Source: Camelus ferus
Lineage: Eukaryota
DNA: 64,000 bases
Direction of reading: 5' to 3'
Assembly: GCF_009834535.1 (NCBI RefSeq)
Contig: NC_045696.1
Location: 66,156,001 to 66,220,000 of the forward strand
The translations under genes and the position numbers were made by a program. The notes under the pieces were generated by a model. It searched no databases, was not told the origin of the DNA, and saw only the letters and a program-made list of their open reading frames with translations. Shown in pieces: positions 25,263-39,129 of this stretch; position 1 is the stretch's first letter; each line of letters begins with the position of its first letter.

Positions 25263-26154
25263 CACTCAGCATTTTTGTGAAGGTTCAGCGGCATCATCAG
25301 AGTTACACAATTCAGAGGTTTTGAGGATGGGAATGATGAGTGGAATGACTAGGAAAACTACAAAACAAACATATTGTGACCAGAAGAGATGACAGAAGGA
25401 ACAGACAATAATAAAAATAATAACTCCAGGGAAAGTATGAAAGATGGAGATGGTGGGAGAAAGAATCTGAAAAGAATCTACAACAGAAGATAGAAAAAGC
25501 TCTTTAAAATTATAAAGCTTCTCCCTTTTCAAATTTTCAAAAAGCAAATATAATCAACTAAAACATCATTTTCCTGAGATCAGATGCACCAAAATCTGAT
25601 ACTGGAGCTTACTCTGATTTGTGATCAGCCTTCCAATTCTTGAAACAAATATACAATTATGTCAGCTGTACAGATGCAACTCTATTAATAAAATATGTAT
25701 ACAAAGTGTTTCTCTGTGCCTTAAATGCAATCCCCTGGACAGTGAATTCACATGAGCTTCTGCAAGCTCCAATGCCCCAAGTCATTGTGACACTTCTCAA
25801 AGAAGTGGGAGGAGAAAACAGATTTGATAATGGGATAAGCTCTTTGGACCAGGGCCTGTAAAACCCAACCTAGCCATAGCAATGACAGGAATGAGAAAGT
25901 CTGAAAGATAGTTTGCTGACAAGAATCATGAAAATACCCTGCATCCACGTATTTCCCTCATATAACCTCCTCATTGAAAGAATAGGCTTTTATTCAACCA
26001 CACACACTGAAAGGCCTCTACTGAGTGCAAAACCATCCACCGTGCCCCGCAGATGAAAGAGGAAAAGACACAGTCCCTGATCACAAGACACGGTCTATCA
26101 GGATCCATGACCCAAAAGCAATCGAGTGAAAGGCAAAGCTAGATTATCTGTCCT

Positions 26155-26325
26155 AAGATGCTGTTTCCTAAATAGTAGTGTGTCAGGATGACCTGGAGAT
26201 CTATGTAAAACGGAGATTCTCATTCATCCAGTCTAGGACAGGACTCAAGATTCTCTTTCTAGTCCACCACCAGAGGCTGCTCTAGCTGCTGCTTCACAGA
26301 TCATAAACTGAGAAGCAACAGCCTA
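26155..26325. mobile_element. MER5A-like hAT-Charlie MITE
   Basis: aggatgacctggagatctatgtaaaacggagattc...gatcataaactgagaagcaacag. Confidence 0.6.
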
Positions 26326-27559
26326 AATGATAAAGTGTAAATAAAGGGCTATGGAAATGTGAAGTTTAGAAGTGATTCCCTCTAGCCCACAGGAGTGGAG
26401 AAGCTTCAGAAAGAAGACCCTGCATTTAAACAGTTAGAGATGCAGAGATAATAGTTGTGTATGTCTGTGTAGGTGGTGAGGACCAGAGAGATCACACAGA
26501 GAAGAGTGGGTAAGTAAAGAGGAAGGAAAGGAAGGAAAAATAAGAAGGAATTGCAAAAATAATAATATTAAAATAAGTTGAGTAACGTTGTGAAAGCAGA
26601 AAAGTGCATAAACTACTTAGAAAAATGCAAAATAAATCTGGTAAGACCAGAATGTAATCTGCAGGGGAGCAGACAAGGAATTATGGGAAACGGGCCTAGA
26701 ATGGCAAGCCAGAGAGAAATGATGGAGATCTTATATGAATGTGACTCCCTTTTTGTCAGGGGGGGAAGTACATATGCTCACCAACAAGGTAGGCAAATTG
26801 CAGCTGTCAAAGTAAAGTATGCAGAATGAAACATCCAAGAAATTAGGTCTGGTCCAGAGTTATTCATAGTCCACATTTTTGTATTTATAACTAAGTACCC
26901 AAATCATTATTGTTCTTTAAAATAACTGCCTCTCTGCAAATCACAGCCCATTCTCAGCTGAATTTATTTGAAAACATTCTTCAAATGAATCTGTGTAGGA
27001 CCAAAACAAAATATGGTCTGTCCCAAGCTTCTTACAGGGTCTGGCATTCAGAACCACAAAATCAAGCAGTGGCTCAGGCGAATCACAAATAATTTGCATT
27101 TATTCTCAAAACCTGGTAATTTCCAGAAACATTTCAAAATGTGATATATTGGAAAAGAGAGCCAAATGAGGCTATCAGAGTGTACAGGGTTTGCACAGCT
27201 GTCTACGTGGAAAGGCACAGCACAGTGTCAACGCATGGTAACAGAGGATGGAGGAGCTCAAAGGACGCCTAGGAAATTCAAGGAAGTGGCCAGACCCTAA
27301 TGGAAAAGCTCATTGCCTCCTCTGCCAACATCATTAATAATAAACGAAGAAGACAAAAGGTGTGTAAGATAATTAAGGTAAGGAGGTCTAATAAATCCTC
27401 TATCAGTGTTTGTTTCAGTGTCTGTCCAAACCAGCAAAATCTGTGAATATGGCATTCTAGCTCTTTGGGATAAGCTATGAGTTTCATTTAGCAGGAGGCT
27501 CCAGGTGAATTCTTTAAATAAGTCTGAAAATACTGAAAAATATAAATATCACCTAGAGG

Positions 27560-27700
27560 TACAAACACTGGATAGATAAGTGATAAAGCAGGCATACGAT
27601 GCTAAGGGTGGAATCTAGGCAGTGCTTATATGGGTGTTTCCTTTAGCACATTTTCAACTTTGCTGTATGCTGTTAAATTTTCATAATAAAACACTAGGGT
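27560..27700 (+). mobile_element. L1M 3'-end fragment
   Basis: gtggaatctaggcagtgcttatatgggtgtt...ttcaactttgctgtatgctgttaaattttcataataaaa. Confidence 0.65.
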
Positions 27701-27829
27701 GATTACCTACAATCCTATCATACCCCTTTAAAAAAATATATTAGGTAGGAAGTAAAAAGATTATGTCCCCTTCTCCTCTCTTTTCAGCCTTCATTAACCC
27801 CACTGCCAACAAAACCAAATGTAACTATT

Positions 27830-28095
27830 AATTCAGATTTTTCTATGTTGTCATGTATAATTGTTTTCTTTTTCTTTTTTATAAAAATTGAATCATGTGT
27901 TGGTCTACAAATTGCTTCTTTTATTTAACGATATATCATGCACATTTTTCCAGATCAGTTCATAAAATTATACTTCATTCCTTTTAATGGCTAAATACAA
28001 TTCCATTGTCCAGCTATACCAGTGTGTTTAACCATTTCCCTATTGATGACATTTTGATTATTTTCGAAAATGTGCTCTTTTCATACTGCACTTAG
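27830..28095 (-). mobile_element. L1ME-like fragment
   Basis: cattccttttaatggctaaatacaattccattgtccagctataccagtgtgtttaaccatttccctattgatgacatttt. Confidence 0.7.
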
Positions 28096-31000
28096 GCTTA
28101 TAGTGATTCTAGTATTAATTTAAAAATCCACAGGGTCCATAGCATCAACTGAGAAGACCACAGTAAAATCTGAAGTGATTCTAGTGGTTAAGAAGTGTAA
28201 CATTTAAAAGAGAAGGAAAACAAAAAACACACAGAATCAAAGGCATATAGTTACACCTCAGCAGTTGGTAATGCAACTACTAGACTGTGTCAATCATCAA
28301 GCAAATACCCAGTAGCCAAAAATCAGTGCTCTAAGCAGCAACCAGAGTGAGTTCTGCATCAACCTAAACAAAATTAATCAACTTTGCTTATAGTATACCC
28401 CTCAGCTCCTCATTCTAGCAACTTGGTTATCTGAGTCTTCATGCCAAAGCACAGAGAGTAGCAAATCGGGATGAAAGGCAAGGCTTTTATGAGTAGGCAT
28501 GCTGATGGCAGTGGGAAAGCTGAGCTATTAAAAGCAAACAAGAAAACTAAAGAGCAAAAAGAAAAATAGAAAACAGTGATCTGGAGGTCTGGGACTCTGT
28601 AGTGTTGGAGTCCTACATATTTTAGTAGGTCCTGGGGACATCATTATGCACAGTAAAAAATAATTGATGCTCACAGTGATGGCTCTGCATTATTAATTAA
28701 AGGTATAATTTCTCAGGATTCTCACTACAAGATAGCTGTGTGGTATGGAATACACTTTAGGAAGACACACTATTAAACCAGTTACAAGATCCTTGATCAC
28801 AGAAGACCTGCCGAAGGCCTTGGGCCAACCTCCTCACTCAGAAAAATAAAAGCACAGGATTGATCCAAGGTCAGTTGGTTGTTGGAAACAATCAGAGCCA
28901 TAGTCCAGGACAGGTTGAATCTTATTCCTGTGTTTGTGGCTACGCCATGAGTACAAAATTGTAAGGAATTGAAATCTTAACTTTTCCTAACGCTCTACAT
29001 CCCTGAAAGAACTGAGTGTTTTCAGTGAGCTGAGGTTTTACCTTAGGAAATGCTGTAATCAGAATTGTGAAGGTGAGTGGCCCTGGCGGGGAACTGGGAA
29101 TGAGTTATAAGGCATGGTTTTCCTTGGAAAAGAGACCTTCTCAACCTAAGAGAAAGAAGGGTGTTATATGTTGGCCAAAAAGATAGCTACACGAAAGGGC
29201 ACTTACGTCCAAAACATTTATCATGGAGAAAATAACGCATACACATAAATCAGATCTTGCTAGTATGTTCTTCTAGTCACCAACCTATTGTTTAGAGGCA
29301 ATCAGCTTTGAGAATCTGGCCTGATTCTTCCTCTAAAGACTCATCATTGCTAAATAAACTGAATAGGTAATGCTTTTGAAAGAGAGTTGCCCAAGAAGGC
29401 AGGAGATCTGAGTTCAAGGCTCTGTGTAAGTCTGGATAAGGGCCTTAAGGTTGTTACGTGTAAAATGAATGAATTAAACTTGGTAATTTCTAAACTTCCT
29501 CATGGCTGTGATTCATGTTCCTAGTCAGGTCTTAGCAAAGAGAAATAAGACACATAGGGGAAATCCGAATACCCTGTATTATACAACACAGACAGAATTT
29601 CATATATTTGCAGGAAAATCTTGTTGCAACAAAGCCTTCCTCTATTTAAAACAGAGGACATAGTTTCCTAAGACTTAATCTCCACTTGGCTGTTTTTTTT
29701 TTTTTTAATTCTCTCCCCTCTTTATCTATCTTCTCATCAAGATGACCTCTAGAAAATCAGCAAAGGCTCAGAAGTCAAATAATGTTATTTGGGATACTGC
29801 TCAGAAAGCAGGAGCCTCGGAGGGAGAGGTGACATTCACGAGGTCAATGGCTTCCTGGCAAAAATGTGAAACGGGGGCTTTTGATTCCCAGGTCAAGCTT
29901 TTCTCTGGTGAAGCCAGGCTGCTTCCCAACTCTGAAAAGCTACTAAGAAATATAACTGTCCCCTAAAAATAACACGCAATTTACAGCCCAGGAAAGAGCC
30001 ACGTTTAAATAAGCAATGGTCCTGAGTCAAGGGAAGACGGCTACTTGGGCGCGGGAGCCCTGAGCCAGCTGCCAGGACAGCCAAAGCCGCTGTTCTCTTC
30101 CCAGGACTTCGTGAAGATGAATGGCGGGTACGTGAAATCTTGGCCAAAGTACCCCCGGGCCATGTTGGACCAGACCCCTAAAGGAAGCCTTGAAGCTATG
30201 ACAATTTAAACATGTTGATTTCTGGGGACAGTGGGGCTGACCTGACACGCGGCAGCTGTGAGTTCCTGAAGTGTCCCTGTAAGGAATAGGACTTCCCAGG
30301 TTGAACTACCCAAACGCGACAGATTTGAGCAAAGCATACTTGGTTATACCATTTCATTTAAACAAACACACAAACAAACAAACAAACAAACAAACAAATG
30401 AACTGAGTTGGAGATGGGTAAAGTCTTGGTCAGTCCTGCGGGGAAAGATCACCGTATCTCATTCAAAGGCATTGTCTGTTCTTACATGCAGTACCGCCAG
30501 TTTGGGTAACGCTTACTCTTTGAAACCAAAGCTGTTAATCAATTGCTGGACATTTTCTATCATTTTAGCACTCCTTCCTTCAAGAACCGAGGAAATGTCT
30601 CAATTCTGACATCACATCAAAGGATTATCATTCTTGAACAGCACAGCTTTCAGATTAGTAGTAAGCCAATTAAAAAAAAAAACAGGGAAAGAAAAAAAAA
30701 GAAGAAAAAAAAGGAGCTTTGCCCTCTTGACATCCTGTCTTGCGAGCGGCTCTCCTTTGATCGGGTGAGAAGAGACTGCTCTCAAAGACACTCCTCACAT
30801 GCTGCCAAGTGCAGAGGGAGTATTTTGCAGGGGATGCGAGTCTGGTCTGACCCGGGCTTGTTTCAGGGCGTGTCTTCATTCCTCCAAGAGGTCTGCCCTG
30901 GGCAAGACTCCATTCATTAGTAATTAAAAAAAAAAAAAAAAAAAAATCCAGAGCTGGCAGCCAGAGGGAGGTTTTTCTACACGGATGTGCACCTCCCACG

Positions 31001-31944
31001 TGCTCTGGTCACAGACACGACCGGGCTGGTGAGAGGGCCCGACGGATCCGTGCCAGGCCCAGATACAAGTCTTCCATTCTGACCCGGAGTGCTGCCAAGT
31101 GGGAAGAAACCACATCCTTCCTCATCCTGAGTCCCCTTCTTAAATCGAGTAGTTGTTCAGATGGGGGAAGCACAGTGGGGAGGGAGGAGGCGGTATCACT
31201 AGTTGGTGTCAATTATAACAAGGGGAAACCTTTATTCCCGAGATATAGTTTCTTCAGTGAATTCAAGACAGAACCTCGAGGCCGGAAAGGCCCTCAAATG
31301 TCATTTTTATTCAAACTTCTTTTTTCCGATACTCACTTCTCTCTGGAACATCCTTGCCAAGTGGATGGGGGTAGGAGGCTCTCTAAATATCTCTAGGAAT
31401 GGTGACATCACTATCAGTTTAGTTTCCATATGACTGAAGTGTAACAAGTATCTCATTATGTCAAGTAGGATTTGGATCCCCTGGAATTTCTACCTACTTG
31501 TCCTGGTTGAGGTCTCTGGAGCCACGTCTCTTCTACAGACACCTCTGGACGTTTAACCCAGTGGTTCCAGTATTTAAACGCATCATTTCCATGTCTCCCT
31601 AGAGCTCACTGTCAAAAACAGGAGACTAGGGTGTTTGGAAGGTGCCTGGTCCCCTATCCTGCCTCTCCAAACCCCAAAGCATACTGAGGAAATGAAAATG
31701 CCATTAAAACAGGAAGAACTGACATCAGTTGGTTATGGCACCTCCTCTGCTGTCTGGGCCTTAAGCCTTAAGCCTCCTAGACTGAAAAAGGAGAGTAGGA
31801 AGCCATAAGTGACCAGTGAGCTAGCTCACCCAAGCTAGGTTTCTAGGGAGCCATCAGGCAGAGCAGAGCATTGTTTACAAGATGCTCATACGTGTGTAAG
31901 CAGGGGGATGGGGCCTTGGGACAGATGGTACCCCGCAGCACACT

Positions 31945-32160
31945 GAAGCAAAGCACAGGGTTTCAGCACGGGCTTTGCGTCACACAGGCCTGGAAGCGAA
32001 TCCTCTGTAGCTGTGCAAGCTTCTTAACCGCGCTGAGTCTCGGTTTCCAAGTTGGTGAACAGGGTGAGGGAAACACCTCAAGGAATGAGGTCTGAGGATC
32101 GTGCGAGAGAACTTTATGACACCTAGCCCATAGTAAGAACTTCAATTTCTTAGCTATTAT
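31945..32160 (+). mobile_element. MIR SINE
   Basis: tagctgtgcaagcttcttaaccgcgctgagtctcggtttcc...cctagcccatagtaag. Confidence 0.7.
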
Positions 32161-33849
32161 TTGTTTATTGCTAGAAGACTAGCTTTCAGTTCTCCCAAAC
32201 TTCCCCTTAAATACTGTAGCAAATTCAGGAAGCAGAAAACCCACATGTTTGGTAGAAAGAAATTAGGGCAGTTCTCACGTGGAAGAAGCAAAGCAGGAGA
32301 AGCCGCATGTTACAGAAGAAAGTACACTGTACTGGAACTTGGAAAGCCAGGTGGAGACAGGTTTGGCAGACTCTAAACCAGAACATCCTTTCCTAGCCTA
32401 TTTGCAAAGCCAGCGGTTTATTCTTAGACCCCACGATGCAGGATTCTCAGAGAACCATTACAAGTACTCCTTTTAACGGCAGCTAGGAAACCTTGATTTC
32501 TATATGCCTCCTCCTGCCCCCCTGAGCCATGTCTCAGGGAGCTGCGTTAATAACAGCAACAATCCTCGACTCCCCAACGTACAGGACCTGAGGTTGTCAT
32601 CCTAACGGGATATGCCGGAGGGCTTCTTCTGGGAGGAAAAACCACTGCAGGGGTGCACTGAGTGGAGGTTCTAAGTTTTGCATTCACTTGCTGTTCACTG
32701 TTGATGCCTCAGTGATACAGCACTGGGTGTAAGTGTGTGTTTTCAATAAGTCGAGACAAGCAAGTGAGTTCTGCTGTGTTTTGACAAGTAGAAAGCCAGG
32801 AGTTAGGATTTTTAAACATTCAGGAGTATGTGCTTAGGAAGTGCTGTCAGGGGAGACTTAATGGAATGCCTTATTCAAAGATGTGTGGATCTCCCAGGGA
32901 TGTTAAGGTACCTGCTCATGTGTGCTCTTGGACAGAAGGCTTTCCTCTTTATCCTGTGTTTAGTGTTCTGTGCTCCGATGGAAGGCAGTTAAAATCCTGC
33001 AAGAGGGTGAGGAATCAGACAGCTGGAGCTGTAACACCTGGGTTACCAGAAGCCTGCCTTCTGGGTGGAAACAGACCTTAAAGGTAACGAAGTCCAAAAG
33101 CTATGGACAGATTTAGAACATAGACACAGCAGAACCGGAGACGTGTCCCAAGAAGGCAGTGGTGCACAGAGTGAAATGAAAAGCGTGCACCGAATCCATG
33201 AATCTGCAGCGAGAGCTCTTGAATCATCGAGGGCGAAGTGGGCCCTTGATGGTTGTCACAACCGCCCAGCTTCAGTTTTCTCACTTACACTAATTCAGAC
33301 CAAACTGACCTTGCAGAGTTGTTGTCAAATCAAATGAGATAATGGACTTGTAATTTGCAGACTGATAGGCATTGAACTGACACATGGGAATACTCCTATT
33401 ACCACCAAGTAAAACCAAAAAGCATTATTTTACTAAGCAAAATAAGTAATATTTATTTTTAAAAGATCTTCCTCTTAAGACGATACTGATGTGGTTGCCG
33501 ATGCCAATTTCATCTCAGTCAGTGCTCCAATTACATACGCAGTTTCTCGTGCTCTTCACATACCAAAGGCAGAAGCATCAGGGGATTTTAAAGAACAGTG
33601 ATCTAGGCATGCTATAAGGATATTAGTTGACAACATTAGCCATAGGTTGAATCACTTTGCCTTGCAATGTACACCAACATTTTTTAATTCCCAGGATGGT
33701 CCTGAGCAACCTCTTGTGATGACTCTGAGTCACCTCCCTCGGTGAGAGCAGAAGAGAGCTCTGGGAATTCAGATGTTCTTGCTTGGACAATTATAATAGA
33801 ATGCTCATTAATTGCCCCACCTATTCCCTTTCTACGCTACAGTGCCTTG

Positions 33850-35160
33850 ACACCCACTGCCAGACCTGTCTAAAACACAGATCTGAATAATGTTCCTCCC
33901 TTATTCAAGAACATTCAATGCTTCTCCTTGCCTTACAGGATTAAGCAAAAAATTCCTCAACAGGATAGGTAAGGTCCTCAAAATACAGCCTCTGCTCACC
34001 TCTTTAAAGTCTGATCTTCAATGACTCCGGTGCTCATACACCATCTCCTGGTCCAAGTGGGCTCTCTCCAAGCAAGGCGTCTCCTTTCCTCCCCTCATTT
34101 ATGTTTTCATCCTGTCCCCTTTATCTGTTATATCACTTGTGGTTTTTAACTGTATTGTCTTAGTTCAACTGGAATGATGGTTTCCAGAATCCCCTTCTCC
34201 AAATGGTTCCGAGTTAGGGTTGGTCCCAGGGAAATCTGCATGAGGTCTGGGTGGGAGAAGTGAAGCAGTAGCGATCGCTTTGGGAGGGTCTGTCTAGGCA
34301 CCTGGGTACCACTGCATCTCATGCACGCTGATCTGCTGGCTCACCTCTGAGGTGGGGGCAGCAGCCAGGCCTTCTGCTCCTTCAGCTCCTGCCAGATCTT
34401 CTCCTTCAACTTCTCCATGTCCGAGGCCAGGCAGGCATGAAGCTCCGTGGCTAAGAGCACCAGCTCCTTCTGCAGCCCACCCACATGGTCAGGGTCAGAT
34501 GCAGTGAGAGTTAGTTAAGGGTGGCAGTTTGTCCCCATGGGTTGCAAATTGTTCTCTTCCACTTCACAATCAGCTTATCTTCCTGCCTGCCTGCCCACCA
34601 CGAGCAGAGGTAACAGACTTCTTCACCAGTTCCTTCTCAGGGTCCTCAGTGACTTTTTTTGTTGATCTCCCAACTGTCCCCTTATGAGGCTTTAACTGAC
34701 CAGCTTCACCCACAATTGTAAGACTAATGCCTACGATAAATTCCATATTCTATATCATTCATCCATATCATTTCTGTTCTCCTGGTTGGACCCTAACTCA
34801 TACGCCTCTCCTCCCCACCAATTTCTCTGTGTCCAAAATCTGTCTGTCCATCACTTCAAGATTCACTTCAAACACCACTTCCTCAAAAACCCCTTCCGGA
34901 GTGACACAGTTGCCTCTTCCCTTGAAACACCAAAATATTTTACCACGTATCTGAAAGTTATGTTACATGCTCTTAGACTAATCCGAATATCATACAAGTT
35001 GTCTTACAAACCCCTGTGCATCTCATCTTTCATAACGATCTAGACATTTTTATTCTTCAGGGGCTGGGTTTGTGTGACTGCATTTTAATTTCCCAGTCTC
35101 ACCAGTGTCTTGCCTACAGAAGATTCTCTGAAAATGCTTAGTGTCCAAAAGAGTAAATGA
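33850..35160 (+). mobile_element. L2 remnant split by an ERVL-class LTR
   Basis: ctaaaacacagatctgaataatgttcctcccttattcaagaacattcaatgcttctccttgcc on the left; catcacttcaagattcacttcaaacaccacttcctc on the right. Confidence 0.65.
34150..34805 (+). mobile_element. ERVL-class solo LTR (LTR33/LTR16/LTR41-like)
   Basis: Starts tgtattgtc and ends ttctgttctcctggttggaccctaactcatac, typical of ERVL LTR ends; family uncertain. Confidence 0.6.
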
Positions 35161-35857
35161 CTTAGCCACGCCACCACTCCGTTTTTCATAACACAGGTAA
35201 AGGAAACCCAACTGCGACTGTGTGTGGCGTAGCCTCACTTACGTGGAAACTATTTCTATCGTTACTTTACCCTTCCATTCTCTTCCCTTAGAAAAGAGCC
35301 TCTCCAGTCTGAATCCAATGCTGTTTATTCTTACCATATATCTGGATTCTAATAAAACCCGTTAGCTGGCTCTCTGGTCTATAATAAAGCAGAAACAGCT
35401 AATTACAAGGGGACAAGAGAGAAAAACTGCTCGAACAAGACATGCTGAAAGCTAGAAGTAATAGCAAACAACGAAAAGAGAAAGAAGACAAAAAATTTAT
35501 GAAAATCAGATTACACAAATTTAAAATACCAGTCTGAGCCACTGAGTATATGGGTAAATGATTTCACCTTAATAAATTCTAAAGGAGTTACAGTTCATTC
35601 TAATGAACTGTCCTGAATCACCAAGTTTAAGTAATGCTACCTAATTTAGAATAATCTCCTGAAATTATTTTAAAACAAAAGTCTTAAAGAAAGTTACATA
35701 TTAAAAAAAAAAGTTACATATTGAAATTTCACCATTAAAAAAAAAAATCCCAAGGGACACCCATTCTTAAAAAGAAAAAGAGAATTTTTTTTATCATACA
35801 TTTATTCAACAAATATGCAGTGAGTGTCAGCTATGACTCAGGCACTGTAGTTGGGCG

Positions 35858-35903
35858 TGTGCATGTGTGTGTGTGTGTGTGTGTGTTTGTACATGTGTAT
35901 GTA
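35858..35903. repeat. (TG)n microsatellite
   Basis: Seen directly. Confidence 0.85.
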
Positions 35904-37984
35904 CCTTTTCTCAAAGGAAATCATCAAACTTGGGAGATGTGGGACAATAAAAATTAAAAATTACACCTTTTAAATATTGGTTTCTCACAAAGAAACAAGT
36001 AAATGCAACAAACAAAATAAGACTGAGTTCATTGTTACTAGAGTCTTCCAGGGTAAAATAAACTGTCAACTAGAATGAAGCTACTTGCCTTCCCCACACA
36101 ACCTTTGCCTGATTTCTCTGCCAAACATCTCTTCACAGCAGGGAAGGTCCCTGGAGACGCTTAAAGGTGTTACAACTATGCACAATTTGCTTGGGAAGAA
36201 AAATGTGACAAAACACACATAAGAAATATTTGTTTCTATCATCACAGTCCCCAACACACATAGGGAGGCAACTGTGGCAGGTTTGTTTTTTTTTTTTTTT
36301 TTTCCCCCCTGGTTTACAACTCAAATTTAAAATTCACATAGTTTTGAAATAGGGATTAAATGAGATAATGAAAATAAAGCGCTCAGCACAGATCCTGGCA
36401 CACAAGGAGCACTGAATCAATATTAGCGATTATGATTAGCAAGAGGTCCTAAACTTCCGGCAAGCTCTGCAAATTAGCCTCATTAAGTGTTATGGGGGGG
36501 GGCAAAATTTAAGTCTTCTGCTATTTTTCCTTTGTCACCCAGAATGCTCTGGGGCCATCATTGGAATACAAAAGAATTTTTTCAGCAAGCCAGGCCTGGC
36601 TGGGGAGAATGATGGACAGGGTCAGAAGTGCTGCCTGCAGGTATGTCAGACGTTTGGAGGAGAGAAGCAGGGCAGTCCTACGGCACCTTTGCCCCCATGT
36701 CCTTCCCCAGGACTGGCCCTTCTACTTACAGGAGTGTCTGCTGAGGGCAAGGTAGCAGAATGGGTCCTGGAGCAAAATTAACATCGCTGATTACATGATT
36801 GGATCTTTGGCTTTGATTTTTTAAAGGATGTCAATAAAATTCGCACAACTGAAAACTGGGGCACGTGTAAGTGGAAGCATGTTTGGAGAGATTATTTTAG
36901 TTCAAAAAATAATAAAAACAGCTTAAATGGACTGAGCACTAATTACGTTGTAGGCACCGTGCCTACATATTTTATCCTAAAACAATTCTATACCCTTATG
37001 CCAACAACACGAAGGAGGATCAGGTTTACAGACGTGAAGTAAGTTTACCGTATCCCAGAGGTATTAAGTAGTATTACCCTGTCCAAGTTGTTTCAGCCTA
37101 AAACCCACATTGTTACCACTATCTACTTATGAACTATTACAATTTGAAAGAATAGGTCACCCATTCATTCACTGATTCAGTACCCTTATTGAACTATTCC
37201 TTCATAGGAGGCGCCATGAAGCCAGACAAGGAGAGACACATAAAATATTCAGGGCCACTTCTTACAATCAAAGGGCAGAATGGTATAGCGGTGAAGCTCG
37301 CCCAAGCGCAAACGGTAACTCTACTGCTGACTAACTCTGCGACCTTGGTCTTGGTTTTCTCCTCTGAAACATGGTGATTATAAAGCTATTCGGAGGTTTC
37401 TATAAGCTACTGTTTGTAAGGCTTCTATTATTTCGATCACGTATGAGACTGCACGTTGCATGTGTTGGTAGAGATTTCAGGGAGGAGTTCTACTCCTTGA
37501 GAGAAGAGTTAGGGACCCTTTAGACTTGTAGAGCCAAAAAGAAGAAACTGATCTTATCTGGAATTAAATTTGCCTTTCACATGCTCACTCTTCAGGACAG
37601 CATATTTCAGAAACTAGTACCTAAAATCTTGTAAGGAAATAGCTCTAGATCCAACGTTTTGGGGGGCAGATTACATAAAACACCTACACAACAACTGTAA
37701 ATTTTCCAGCTGAATTGAACTGAACAACAGCGCATACGTTTCCATCCGTTACTTAGTGCATCTGGAAAAAAGAATGATATTGTTGGAGAAAAAGAAAAGG
37801 AATCTGGGTTTGCCTGTTCAACCTGTTTTGTTTTGTTTTGTAGGATAAGCTAATGGGAAAGGAAGGCTACGAGTGGCGCATCAGTGAAACCAAACTGTCT
37901 CCTTATCTGCTCTCAGGTGCCTACATGAGGTCAGAACAGTTTACCCCTTCATCTTATAAATAAATTCCTCCATTTCCTTCACTG

Positions 37985-38400
37985 TCTGTTCAAGGTTCCA
38001 AATATGTCAGACCTGGTCACCATCCTACGTCAGTCCTTTCAGTGACTTCCTGCTGCATTTTGTATAAAGTCCCAGCTCCTTACCTTGGCTTGTAAGGCCG
38101 GTCTGATCTAGCCCCTGCTTATCTCAGCACCTTATTTCCAGACCTTCTCTCCCCCTGACATGGCCCCTGTCACCTCAGCCAGGAGCAGATCGATCCTGGC
38201 TCCTTCTCAGGCTTTTTTCTTAGCTCAGACATCACCTTCTCAGAGGCGCCACCCCGAACCCCCTATTTAAAATTGCTCCTCCTCCACTTCCCTCCAGCAT
38301 CACTGTGGTTGTCATTGTTTTCATCTCAGCCCCTTACATCTTATCCTGAAGTCACTTGTATTTCTTCTGTTTACTTGTCTGTCGTCTGTTTACTCATATG
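37985..38400 (+). mobile_element. L2 fragment
   Basis: ctttcagtgacttcctgctgcattttgtataaagtcccagctccttaccttggc...ctcagacatcaccttctcagagg. Confidence 0.75.
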
Positions 38401-38416
38401 TAAATGAGTAACCTCA

Positions 38417-38598
38417 TGTAGAAATATAAAAACAGATTTAAGAAAAAGTTTCTGCTGTAGAGCACAGGGAACTATGTTCAATATCTTGTAATAACTTTTA
38501 ATGAAAAAAATGTGAAAACAAATATATGTATGTCTATGCATGCCTGGGACATTGTGCTGTGCACCAGAAACTGACACATCGTAATTGACGGTACTTCA

Positions 38599-38644
<46 letters not shown>
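38417..38644 (+). mobile_element. Young 5'-truncated L1 with (AAAT)n tail and perfect 15-bp TSD
   Basis: TSD aaatgagtaacctca at 38402-38416 and 38645-38659; body ctgctgtagagcacagggaactatgttcaatatcttgtaataac. Confidence 0.92.
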
Positions 38645-38645
<1 letters not shown>

Positions 38646-39129
38646 AATGAGTAACCTCAACACCTCTGCTTTCCAAGGCAATTTTGGACAACTTCTAAAT
38701 ATATGTATATACACACACACGTATACCTACATATAAATTTGTATTTCAATATTCTAAAAATGTATGTGTATACGTGTATATATGTGTGTGTGTGTGTGCA
38801 TATATATAAAACCAATTTTGTATTCCAACGTTATATACATAGACTTCATTTCTTTGTTCATTTCCATCTATTTCTTTCTACTCCTTGGGGACAAATAATA
38901 CTAACATCTATACATTTATTTATTCAACATTTACTCAGAATCAGGCAGATGTTATTTGCTGGACATTATTTTAGGCACCTGGAATGCAGCGGTCAGCCAA
39001 ACCAAGGTCCCTTCCCTTGTGGATTTTACACTCTTGTGGGGGCAAACTAAACAGTAAACAATAGACAGGCTAAACTTATTAATTAAATAGTCTGTGGAAG
39101 CTAACAAGGTGACAACTGCTAAGGGGAAA

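Noticed and set aside
24977..25392. Very hydrophobic 115-aa and 85-aa ORFs resembling membrane proteins
   Set aside because: Translation of a T-rich low-complexity tract; no splice or codon support, and no recognisable mitochondrial (NUMT) protein similarity.
26521..26550. GGAA-rich stretch as an ETS-fusion-type GGAA microsatellite enhancer
   Set aside because: At most two consecutive GGAA units; too short to be meaningful.
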